DNA from: Octopus sinensis | Lineage: Eukaryota | DNA: 64,000 nt | Reading direction: 5' to 3' | NCBI RefSeq assembly: GCF_006345805.1 | Contig: NC_043010.1 | Location: 12,338,001 to 12,402,000, forward strand | In this document: piece by piece, positions 25,206 through 37,913 of the stretch | How the letters are laid out: the number at the start of each line of letters is the position of its first letter | How positions within the stretch are numbered: the stretch's first letter is position 1 | Program-made: the position numbers and the translations under genes | The notes under the pieces: model-generated | The model's input: the letters and a program-made list of their open reading frames with translations, nothing else | What the model was told of the DNA's origin: nothing | Database searches by the model: none

Positions 25206-26539
25206 CTGCGTCTTATATTTTATAATGCAAGTACATTTGTATGAATAAATACATAAGGTACTTAGTTCTCTTTCCATTTATGTTTTTGATAATATTTGTA
25301 AATTCTCTGTTAATAAATGATGGCTTGGAAAAATATGTAAGTTCTCAGAAAGCAGTTCTACAACTAGCTTTTAATTCCAATCACAACCATCTCATTTACG
25401 CAGCTACTACCTCAGAGAAAGTCATATGCATCACAATTTCTTTTCATTAAAATTCAAAGATATCGTATCTAAATAAGAAATTGGTACTCAATAAACAAAG
25501 ATTTTTCCAAATTAATTTTCTACTTTTCTTTTTATTCCTACCCCCCACTCCAAAACACCCAACCCGACCTACGAATGCAGAATGAAATGATTTTGAAGCT
25601 CAGTTTCAAACCGGAGGAAGAAGAGATTTAGAACAGATAATATGTGAAGCTTAATACAAACAGCCAATGCAAAATGGAACATTCCTAAATATCAAACTAA
25701 AACTGATCTATTCTTATGAGAAAAGACATATGTTGGAATAACAGAAGACATAAAAAAAACAAAAAAACAAAAATCAAATACAAAAAATAAAAATCATATA
25801 TTGCAACAGAACGATGTTTCTATACTAATCAAAGAAACTGCAAGGAAACTCAAGAAAATCAACGAAGCTATCTGTATGTTTAGCACAAGCTGCAAATGGA
25901 ATCAATATGCTCAATGCAGATTTCAGAACAAGTATGGCTACCATTATTGAACTGGATTCCAATATTCTTTTCTTCTTTTTCACTGGTTTCAGTCACTGGA
26001 GTGCGGCCATGCTGGGGCACTACCCGAAAGGATTTTGGTGAGTCATAATCACCTCAATATGTATTTTAAAGACTGGTTCTTATTTTAACAAGGATTATTT
26101 GTTGTACTGCTAAGTTAAGGAATATAAACTGCTACAGCATAAACACAACACCAGCTAACTGCTGTCGATATAAAGCAGAAGCATGTGTATACATTTATAC
26201 ATATATGCATATGCACACATATGTACATACATACATACATACACACACATACACACATATAAACATACATTCATACATACATACACATGTATACTTTATA
26301 CATGTATATATGTATACTTTATATATATATACATATTTTAGTGGCAAAGAATTAGTTGATCATATTGCACCAGTACTTGGCTGGTACCTTATTTTACTGA
26401 CTCTGAAAGGATTAATGGCTAAGTTGACCTTGGTAGAATTTGAACTCAGAATATAAAGAGTTACAAAAAAAAAAAATACAGGTTTAAAGCCTGAAATTTG
26501 AAGATGTGAAACAATCATGAATATATTCATTCCCATTAT

Positions 26540-26576
26540 GAAATTTGATATGATAATAGCATAATAATAATAATAT

Positions 26577-26607
<31 letters not shown>

Positions 26608-26716
26608 AATGATGACGATGATGATAATGATAATAATAATGATAATAATAATAATAATAATAACAACAACAACAACAATAATAATAATAACAGCAACAAC
26701 AACAATAATAATTATT

Positions 26717-26749
<33 letters not shown>

Positions 26750-27148
26750 TAATAATAATAATAATAACAGCAACAACAACAATAATAATAATAATAATAA
26801 TATAATAATAATAATAATAATTATTATTATTATTATTATTATTTTAATAATAATGATAATAATAAGGATTCCAAATTTTGTCACACGGCCAGCAATTTGG
26901 AGGAAGTGGGTAAGTCGATTACATTGACCCTAGTACTCAACTGGTACTTACTTTATCAACCCCAAAAAAGATGAAAGGCAAAGTTGAACTCAGCAGAATC
27001 TGAACTCAGACCGTGAAAGCGGATAGACTGCTGTTAAGCATTTCGCCCAGCATGCCTACAATTCTGCCTGCTCATCGCCTTAATGATGATGTGATGATGA
27101 TGATGATGATGATGATGTTGATGATGTTGATGATGATGGTGATGATGA

Positions 27149-27180
<32 letters not shown>

Positions 27181-27205
27181 ATGATGATGATGGTGGTGGT
27201 GGTGG

Positions 27206-27243
<38 letters not shown>

Positions 27244-27267
27244 TCGATGATGGTGACGATGACGATG

Positions 27268-27338
<71 letters not shown>

Positions 27339-27390
27339 GGTGGTGGTGATGATGATGGTGGTGGTGGTGGTGGTGATGATGATGATGTTG

Positions 27391-27441
<51 letters not shown>

Positions 27442-27495
27442 CTGATGATGATGATGATGATGATGATAATGATGATGACGACGATGATGATAGTA
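26540..27495. repeat. (AAT)n/(ATT)n and (GAT/GGT)n tracts flanking a minus-strand SINE family 2 copy (26868-27080)
   Basis: Directly visible. Confidence 0.9.
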
Positions 27496-28374
27496 ATAAA
27501 AGAAGTTTACACTTTGCTAAATGAACCTTGAGTTTTAAGTTTCCAATCTCACCAAAATCTATTCCATAGTTTAGAAGAAAAACAAACAAACAAACAAAAA
27601 AAAGAAAGGAAAAAGAACAAAAGATTTTGCGAGATAGACAATGTAATGAGATATAAGCCTTAATCTAAGCAGAATCTATGAATTACTGATTGTATAAGTG
27701 AGACACACCCACAATCAAAAATGTTCCAAGTGTTACAGGAATTGATTAACAATCTTTATAACCTTACAATCAAGCAAGAGAAATGCAGACAAATATCATA
27801 GAGAGGCAGTAGAAAATAATACCTTCCTAATGAAAATATAAAAGATATGGAAAACAAAAATGAATATTTTTAAAAGTTATGATTAGATTCATTGTCACAG
27901 ACTTAAAAATCAAAATATCAAACTTGAGATGGCTGACAGCAATTAATGTGTCACTAACAAGTCAACCAGGCAGAAATGTATATATACTGCTTGTTGTTAA
28001 AATATATTTCCTTTGTTTGTTGTTTGTTGTTTGTTGTCTTTTTACATATTTCTACCTTCGTTTGTATATTTTTTTTATTCATTTCTGTCATTAGATTGCT
28101 GCCATACAGGGGCAACGCCTTGAAGTGTTTAGTCAGTCTAAATTGACCACGGAACTTATTTTAAGTTTCATGGTACTTATTCTATCAGTTTTTTATGTTT
28201 TACTAATAGAATAACAACCAGATTTATTCTATTGCCATAAACAAACCAACACAAGTTGTCAAGTGGTGAGGGACAAATAAATACACTCTGCACACACATA
28301 CATGTATACACAAACAATAAAGACTTAAATACTTGCATGTGTGTGTGTATATATAAATATATATATATATTTAT

Positions 28375-28562
28375 AAAGTTTTGGAATTTACAAAAAAGCA
28401 AAACAAAAGATGATGACTGGTGCGTAAACAACAAACAGATGTATTAGTTTAACGCTTGGGAAGTGAAAAAGTCTTTTACATTTTGAGCCTATGCTCTTCA
28501 ACAGAAAGGAACACAGAAATAAGCAGAGAGAGAAAATAAAAAAGGTTTAGTGGATAGTGATC
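28375..28562 (-). mobile_element. ~180-bp hammerhead-bearing mini-element, copy 3 (decayed)
   Basis: CTTT-CTGTTGA-A-GAGC(ATAG)GCTC-AAAA-TGT-A-AAAG at 28472-28508; two CpG-type changes in the core. Confidence 0.65.
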
Positions 28563-28779
28563 AATCATGGCAATATATATATGTGTGTATGCATATATGT
28601 ATATATATTTATATTTTATTATATTTGTATTAAGGGCATTTATGTGTAGTAATGCCCTTAATATAAACAAATATATTTAAAAGGAATAATCATGAATTTT
28701 TCCCTTATGAGGTTTTTCTCATTGACTACTTGATAAATTCTTGTAAAGATTTTATCCTATTTTTATATTTCATTATAAA

Positions 28780-28985
28780 TAATAATAATAATGAAATTAT
28801 TGTATACAGTGCTCAGGTGCACCACAACTTGTCAAAAGTGCATATAAAGTATGTGCAGTAATGTACAAATGTCTGGGAAGTGAACAGTATATGAGTCAGA
28901 TACATGCTTGCGTGTGTATGGAGGAGAGAAAATCAGGTGTAGTGTTGGCGAATCTCAGGAAGCATGGAAGTTTTGAAGGATGCAG
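28780..28985 (-). mobile_element. Probable L2/CR1-type LINE 3' end with (ATT)n tail
   Basis: Reverse complement ends ...TGGTGCACCTGAGCACTGTATACAATAATTTCATTATTATT; family assignment is from recall only. Confidence 0.5.
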
Positions 28986-29214
28986 TATATTCACATCATT
29001 CATAAATAAGTTTATATCAAATACTTAGCTTGCTGTATCGTTTTGGCATTGACGATTCCTGTTTATAATTATAAACACCAATTTGAGACAGGAAAGAAAC
29101 AGGTCTTCTGACAAGTCAAAAATGATGTACCAACACTTGCCAGACAGTTAGATTACCTATTATATTACAGATCAACATGGATTACTATTATATATATATA
29201 TCATATATATCATG

Positions 29215-29512
29215 GGAGCACGTGATTGAACAGGCTATCAGATGTTGTTACACATTACTGGTCAAAATGTGCTTTGCATCCTTTTAGTTTTTGAATGATG
29301 CCAACCCACTAGCTAGGCAGGCAGGCCAAGGCTATTTCATTGCAGGGTTAGCCCTTTATAACTGAGTGAACTGGTACAATGTGAAATGAAGCGTTTTGCT
29401 TGGGAACACTTCATTTCCCATTGCTCAATGGGCAGTGAGTCTGGGAATGAAAATCATGATCTCACAATTGTGAGTGCAGCACATCTGACTACTAAGTCTC
29501 GTGTGCCTTCAC
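29215..29512 (-). mobile_element. Modular tRNA-SINE, body Y + tail B (diverged)
   Basis: Tail CACGTGATTGAACAGGCTATCAGATGTTG matches tail B; body GAGTGAACTGGTACAATGTGAAATGAAGCG matches body Y. Confidence 0.7.
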
Positions 29513-29559
29513 TATATTATATATATAATATTCAATATATATACATATATATATATACA

Positions 29560-29945
29560 CAAACACACCTTGGATCTGCTACATTCTATATAAATTCCCT
29601 ACTGGGAATGACCAACTTTAAGAGAATCTTACATTGCTTATAAACTTTACATTTGGATGGACTCATATTAAACCCTGCTGGACTTTTGGATTTTACTCAA
29701 AGGATATTGGAATGATACACATATATACCATTATGCCTATAAAACGGATTTATGAACTCAACAACCATGCATATCTGACATCTATTTTCTTTCCTCCACC
29801 TCACTCTCTATTTATATCACATCGAAACTAACTATGACTTAATTTTTCCTCTCACACCGTCTCTGATGAAGGGATATTATTATTGATTAATATTCTTGAA
29901 ACAGCTGTAAGACCTTCTATCTATAAATGCTCTAATATCTATGCA
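29560..29945 (+). mobile_element. Penelope-like element 3' remnant
   Basis: Frameshifted LRESYIAYKL / TLHLDGL (29618-29664) resembles the GIY-YIG C-terminal RE..I.KL.TL.P.GLN motif; a hammerhead follows. Confidence 0.6.
29859..29913 (+). ncRNA. Type I hammerhead ribozyme with a canonical core
   Basis: GTCT-CTGATGA-AGGGATATT(10-nt loop)AATATTCTT-GAAA-CAGCTGT-A-AGAC: helix I GTCT/AGAC, 9-bp helix II, palindromic helix III ACAGCTGT, GUA cleavage triplet (cut after 29909). Confidence 0.8.
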
Positions 29946-30809
29946 AAAATTTCATACATACATATATACATATACATAGATGTGTTTGTGTTGCTTCCAC
30001 ACAGTTTCCATTTATGAAATTTATTCACAAGGTATTGGCTATTTTAGGACTATAATGAAAGATATTTGCCCAAAGTGCTGCACAGTGAGATCAAACCACC
30101 ACACTATGTCTTTGCGAAGCAAGCTTCTTAACCATGCAGCCACGCTTGCCTGTCTGCACCTATGCATGCGCCAGTCTGGTACCACCACCCTTCGAAAAAT
30201 ACAGCAGTTAATAAAACTTTCTTGCATAAATGTGAGACTAACAAATTACGCCTGAGAGGAAATATGTCAATAAACTAACGTCTACACTTCATTTACTGAA
30301 ATACCCAGACAGAAAATAAACTGTAGACTTTGGTTGTAGATAGGTATAGTTATTAGTACAAGGCTTTTATTTCATAACATACTTTGTGTGTGTGTGTGAG
30401 AGAGAGATTGAGAGAGAGTGTGAGAGAGAGAGAGTAAAAAGTGATTTCAATCATTCTAGTTTTAACATAAGACACAGAGACTATCTCAAAGCCGATAAAT
30501 GTTATTCTAGTTCTTTCCGTTCGCATCACAAGTTACAGTTAGAAAATGATGTACTACTGAAATAAAGAAGGATTTTTTTTTTTTCCTCTCTGTTATCCTA
30601 TGAAAAGATTCTCAGCAAACCTGAAATAAAAATAACAATAAAAAAAACATAACAAAATTCACAAGAAGAAAACCCGAGTCCATTTTTATCCCTTGCTAAT
30701 TTATCTATAAGTCAGATGTTTCAATGTTTTATCTTATTTCAGTTCTTTAGAGTTACTCTCCACAAAAATGTTATTTAGCAAGATGATGGCCTGTAATTTA
30801 CTGTTTACT

Positions 30810-31226
30810 ATACTCTTTACTCTCTTTACTCTTTTACTTGTTTCAGTCATCTGACTGCGGCCATGCTGGAGCACCGCCTTTAGTCGAGCAAATCAACCCC
30901 GGGACTTATTCTTTGTAAGCCCAGTACTTATTCTATCGGTCTCTTTTGCCGAACCGCTAAGTGACGGGGACGTAAATATACCAGCTAGCATCGGTTGTCA
31001 AGCAATGTTAGGGGTCAAACACAGACACACAAACACATACACACACACATATATATATATATATACATATATACGACAGGCTTCTTTCAGTTTCCGTCTA
31101 CCAAATCCACTCACAAGGCATTGGTCAGCCCGGGGCTATAGCAGAAGACACTTGCCCAAGATGCCACGCAGTGGGACTGAACCCGGAACCATGTGGTTGG
31201 TTAGCAAGCTACTTACCACACAGCCA
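30810..31226 (-). mobile_element. SINE family 1, near full-length
   Basis: High identity to the other copies. Confidence 0.9.
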
Positions 31227-31529
31227 TCTATTTTCTGTACAGATTTTCAATGCATGAATTGGCAAAGTTACATATTTGCACATAGCTGATATTTTACAGT
31301 TGGGCATGATTCTTAATAAGAAATCACAATAACTTTATTCTGCAGTAATGGTACAACAGTAATATTAATTCATATAAACAGGATTCTATTACATCCATAA
31401 AATGATGGCTCTTTATATTTTCCTCTCATTCATTAACGAAGGTAGTCTTCTTATAAATCTTTAATAGGATACAAATGAACTCAAATATTTCTGAATATAT
31501 AAAAATTTTTGATCTGGTATTTCATATTT

Positions 31530-32060
31530 AAGACCTGTTGGGGCAAGTGAAATCGGAATCGAAATTGAACCAATCCTATGACTGACACTCAGCAGTTGCC
31601 AGGGCCGCTGGACTGACTCCTGTGCAGGTGGCAAGTGAAGAAACACCATTTCGACCCTGTGCTTGAGGAGATCCATTGAGTCAAGTACACCAACATCAAA
31701 ATCAATGGAAACTGCAGTTGTGATCCCTGTGTCGGTGGCACGTAAAAAGCACCATCTGAACGTGGCCGATGCCAGCGCCACCTTGACTGGCTTCCATGCC
31801 GGTGGCACGTAAAAAGCACTATCTGAATCGTGGCCGATGCCAGCGTTGCCTTGACTGGCTTCCATGCCAGTGGCACGTAAAAAGCACCCACTACATTCAC
31901 GGAGTGGTTGGCGTTAGGAAGAACATCCAGCTGTAGAAACACTGCCAGATCAGACTGAAGCCTGGTGCAGCCTCCTGGCTTCCCAGATCCCCGGTCGAAC
32001 TGTCCAACCCATGCTAGTATGGAAAACGGACGCTAAACGATGATGATGATGATGATGATG
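31530..32060 (+). mobile_element. RTE LINE 3' UTR with three ~62-bp tandem units and (GAT)n tail
   Basis: GGTGGCACGTAAAAAGCAC repeated at ~31735, 31800 and 31870. Confidence 0.85.
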
Positions 32061-32454
32061 AAGGATATCCTGAAAGAATGCTATCTAATATTAAGGTCAG
32101 CTGTTAAAGATATCTCTAGGGTCTTGTAAAAAGATTAATTAGCTATATAGATTAACCAGAGCTATTTTTATAGAGTAATTGGAGGGGTAACTTCTCTTGG
32201 CACAATATTTGAGTAGGTAACTAAGGCATGGTCACAGATCTTTATAGACACACCTAACTGCAGGTAAGGTTGTGTTGCTAAGAAGTTTCTCTTGGAACCA
32301 CATGCTTTTGAGTTCAGTCCTGTTGCTTGGCACCTTAGGCATGTCTAGTATCATTGATTCAAGTTGGCCCAAGCTCTGTGAGAGAAATTTGACATAAGGA
32401 AACTGTATGGAAGCCTGTCATTTATATACGCATACATAATATTTAGTCATTTAA

Positions 32455-32900
32455 GATTAGGCAGAAAACTGACAGAATCATTAGTGGCATTTCATTCATT
32501 CCTAGATTCTGGGTTCAACTTCTGCTGGGGTTGACTTTGCTTTTCATCCTTTTGGAGTCCATAAATTAAGTACCTATTTCTTTATTACCCACAAGGGGCT
32601 AAACACAGAGGGGACAAACAAGGACAGACATAGGTATTAAGTCGATTACATCGACCCCAGTGCATAACTGGTACTTAATTTATCGACCCCGAAAGGATGA
32701 AAGGCAAAGTCGACCTCGGCGGAATTTGAACTCACAACGTAACGGCAGACGAAATACTGCTAAGCATTTCGCCCAGCGTGCTAACGGTTCTGCCAGCTCA
32801 CCGCTTTGATAAATTAAGTACCAGTTGAGCATTGGGGTCAATGTAATCAATTTATCTCCTCCCCTGAATTTTTTGGCCTTGTGCCAAAATTTGAAATCAA
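32455..32900. mobile_element. Nested SINE family 2 copies: a minus copy (32577-32805) inside a diverged plus copy
   Basis: The plus copy breaks at TAAATTAAGTAC and resumes with GATAAATTAAGTACCAGTTG after 32805. Confidence 0.75.
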
Positions 32901-33329
32901 TATTTTATCCCTAAAGACATGTAGCTCCCTAGAAAAGGACATAATTCGAGATAAACTCAAGATAAAGATTGATAAAAAATATGTACCAGGTTAAGTAATG
33001 GAATTAATAATAAATTTTATGTTGTTTTTTTTAGGAAGTTATCACTTTTTAGGGATTGAATATTACAAGGAAACACACAAATTTACAACTCTGTACAGAA
33101 ACAGAAATACACTTACACACATACATGCATATATATATACATATATAGATGACTGGTTTCTGTACAGCTTCTTTTAAAGGTGGCATTCCAATGATTAAAT
33201 CCAGCAAAAGAAAATTATTGACAAAAATATAAAACTAATTTGTAAAATGTGACTTCAGTTACCCCATTTGGCAGCACCCACCTGAGGCTGTTTCTGGTTC
33301 TAGGATAAAAATTTCCTGTTTTAAAGTAA

Positions 33330-33875
33330 TCGTCATCATCATCATCATCTTTTAACGTCCGTTTTCCATGCTAGCATGGGTTGGACGGTTCGACTGGGGT
33401 CTGGGAAGCCAGGAGGCTGCGCCAGGGTCCAGTCTGATCTGGCAGTGTTTCTACAGCTGGATGCCCTTCCTAACACCAACCACTCCGTGAGTGTGGTGGG
33501 TGCTTTTTACGTGCCACCCACACAGGGGCCAGAGGAGGCTGGCAAACGGCCACGATCAGTTGGTGCTTTTTATGTGTCACCGACACAGACGCCAGTCAGG
33601 CGGCGCTGGTATCAGCCACATTCGGATGGTGCTTTTTACATGCCACTGGAACGGGTATCACAGCTACAATTTCCATTCGATTTTTATTTTGATGTTGATG
33701 TTGATGTGCTTGACTCAATAGTCTCCTCAAGCACAGTGGGTCACCCTACGATCCAAGGTTAGCACAGCAGGCCATCCTGCAAGCCATGAACTCACTTCAT
33801 TTATCGGGTCTTCGCAGTCACAGCATATCTCAGGGGTCTCAGTCTTTCCTCATTTCCTCTGTGAGGCCTAACATG
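33330..33875 (-). mobile_element. RTE LINE 3' end including the last codons of the RT ORF
   Basis: Minus LGLTEEMRKD*DP*/RYAVTAKTR* (RTE C-terminal D R..WR pattern), then the 3' UTR repeats and (GAT)n tail. Confidence 0.8.
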
Positions 33876-35169
33876 CCACCAGCACGGGTATCACAACTAC
33901 AATATCCATTTGATTTATATTTTGATCTAGAGATTAAAAGTTTCCTTCAAAATTTCTTATTACTTTATGTTTCAAACATTAGCTTAATCATAGCAAAGTA
34001 ATTTTACTCAATTCTTCATTATTTTCGAAAATTATTTTCGCATAGGCAAGATATTTCAACAGAAATATGGTAACAAAAGGAAAAGATTCTTTCAGGTGAA
34101 AAAGCAAAACAGAAACAAAACTTTAGCCTAGTAACATCTCATATTCTTTTAAAAGGTTCAGAGTTATAGTAACCTAATCAAGAAACTATATGAATTGTGG
34201 GGTTTTAGCTATGGTCGCTAAAATGTGCTAAAACATGAAACTCAGTTAAATGATTTTAATATCATATAAGTACAATTATTCTTAAGGGGGTTCAATGCAA
34301 TAAGGAATGAGCCCCTTAAGGCATAATCTAGTTTTTCTAGCCCACGATCTATGATCAAATGTATGCTTAAGCCATGAATATAACCATCAATGCTTTATCC
34401 CAGACTGCATATTCTTCTCTTATTTTTTAATAATAGTTTTTCAAATTTTTGTGCAAGGCCAGAAATTTCAGGGGTGGGACAAGTCAATTACATTGACTCC
34501 ACTGTTCAACTGGTATTTTATTTATTTAAGGATGAAGGGCAAAGTTGACCTCAGCAAAATTTGAACTCAGAACAAAAAGATGAACGAAATGCCACTAGAC
34601 ATTTTGCCAGGTATGCTAACATTTCTTCCAGCTTGCCACCTTCGTCTCTAATTTTTTTTAATAATAGCAGAGTGTGATGTAATGTGCAAAATATTTAGCA
34701 GCTATTTCTAGCAGGTCATGGTGACCAATCTAATGTCTCCCTTTGTGGCTCAGAAGTAAACTGTTTTAATAGTGCTGCTGTTCTTGATAACAGAGCGCTC
34801 TAACGAATGCTGTGACAAGGTAGGAATAAATGAAATGCAAATAAATATATGTGTATGTTTATTTTGTACTATTTAAATTGTTTCCTTGCATGTTTAGTGC
34901 CACCTTATAAGGGTTTAGATGCAATACGATCTAATATCACACAGAAAACGATTTTTTTTCTGAAGTTCACACCTCACAAAATATATTGACTTTTAAGAAA
35001 CATTAGCTTTGTTCTGAGAATCAATTTTTTTGGTAGGTAAATTCTAATTCTTTGATTTCTTTTTCTTCTTCATTCTGGATAAATTTATTGCAAATTATTA
35101 ATTATTAACTAACTATTAATACCGCTCTGTACTGAAGTTGCTAATATTTCTGCACACGCATACACACAC

Positions 35170-36210
<1,041 letters not shown>

Positions 36211-37061
36211 GGCTTCCTTCTGTTTCTAATTCGCACAGTTTTATAATTTAAGTCATCTGACAACTACATTTGCATTCCATTCTTTGCACAGGTCGTTTCA
36301 GCTTTGTCATCGCTAAACTACACAATTCCCCATCTATTAAATAATCACATTAGCTTCATCTACATTTCTTTACTTTAAACACATTTTGTCATATTTTTGT
36401 CCTCAGTTTCCTGACTCTTAAATCTCTTTCTTCTCAAATATAAAACTCTGCGCGTTACAGACCAATGGCTAAAGCTTGCATTTTAACCTAACAAAATATA
36501 CGCTGAGTCATTGATTTTTATCACAGCGCTCTGTAGAAGTATAACACATATGCACACTCACTTATAAAAACAAACAAACAAAAAAAACAAACAAAAATAA
36601 CAACATGAAATAAAATAAAAATAATAATAATAAAAAAAAAAAGGACTTATATTACACAAACAACTTTGATTTTTATATCCCTGAACATAAAAACCTGCAA
36701 AATCACTTTTCACATCAATGGGTATTGATTAAAGGTTTTATATAATTTCCAGTCATTATCAAGAGTATATTTTTATTTTTTTTGATACTTGAAAGATACA
36801 CTTACATTATTTAGGATTAATGGCATATATCTTAGCTTTAGATTGCTTGAATATGCATTCGCTTTATTTTATTTATTTATTCATTTATTTATACATATAT
36901 ATACATACATACCTGCGTGTGTGTGTGTGTGTGTATATATATATATTTATGAATACATAGAGATAGATATACACATATATATGTATATATGTACATAAAC
37001 ACATATAAATATATACATCCATATATGTTTGTGTATATAAATATAAATATCTATATATGTT

Positions 37062-37095
<34 letters not shown>

Positions 37096-37183
37096 CACAC
37101 ATATATATATACATATATAAATATATTTTTATATATATATATATACACATACATATATATATATGTGTGTGTATATATATATA

Positions 37184-37236
<53 letters not shown>

Positions 37237-37913
37237 ACATGTGTTCACATACACACACACACAAATTTATCAGGAATATCTTCGTGAAGTTTCTTAAAAC
37301 CCATACAAACATATTATTTCTGCTCAGTAACTCATGTTTCTGTAATTTTGATCAATAACTGAACCAATATGTTGTTTCCTTTCTTTTCTTCTTTATTTAT
37401 TTATTTATCTATTTATTTATTTGTTATATATATTTAAAAAATTTTTCTCTTTTACCTTTATTTTTTGCATTTTTATTTTCATGTTTTTATTTTCTTTTAT
37501 TTATTTATATATATTTTTTTCACATTTTGGTCTTCATTGTTAAAAACTGTCCACAGTTTTTCTGGTCAATAACAAATGTCTACGTTATTTCAAGAACAAT
37601 GGTAAAGTTACTGAATTTTTATTTTTTTTATTTTTTCATTAGTTACAAATGTTTACATTATTTCTGATAACTAAAGAAGTTTCCATTATTTATGTCCAAT
37701 AACAACGGAACATTCCATTGCTAATCAATAAAGCAATAATAATCCCAGAGCAGATCAATAGTGGCAAGCAACACTATCATAACTCATCATAGACACACAT
37801 GGAATCAGTGGCCGTCCTCAATAAAAATAAAAAATAAAAAGACTACACGAAAACTCCATGAACTGATGTTAAATAACAAATGGTCATCAGATTTCACTAA
37901 TCAAAAAAAAACT

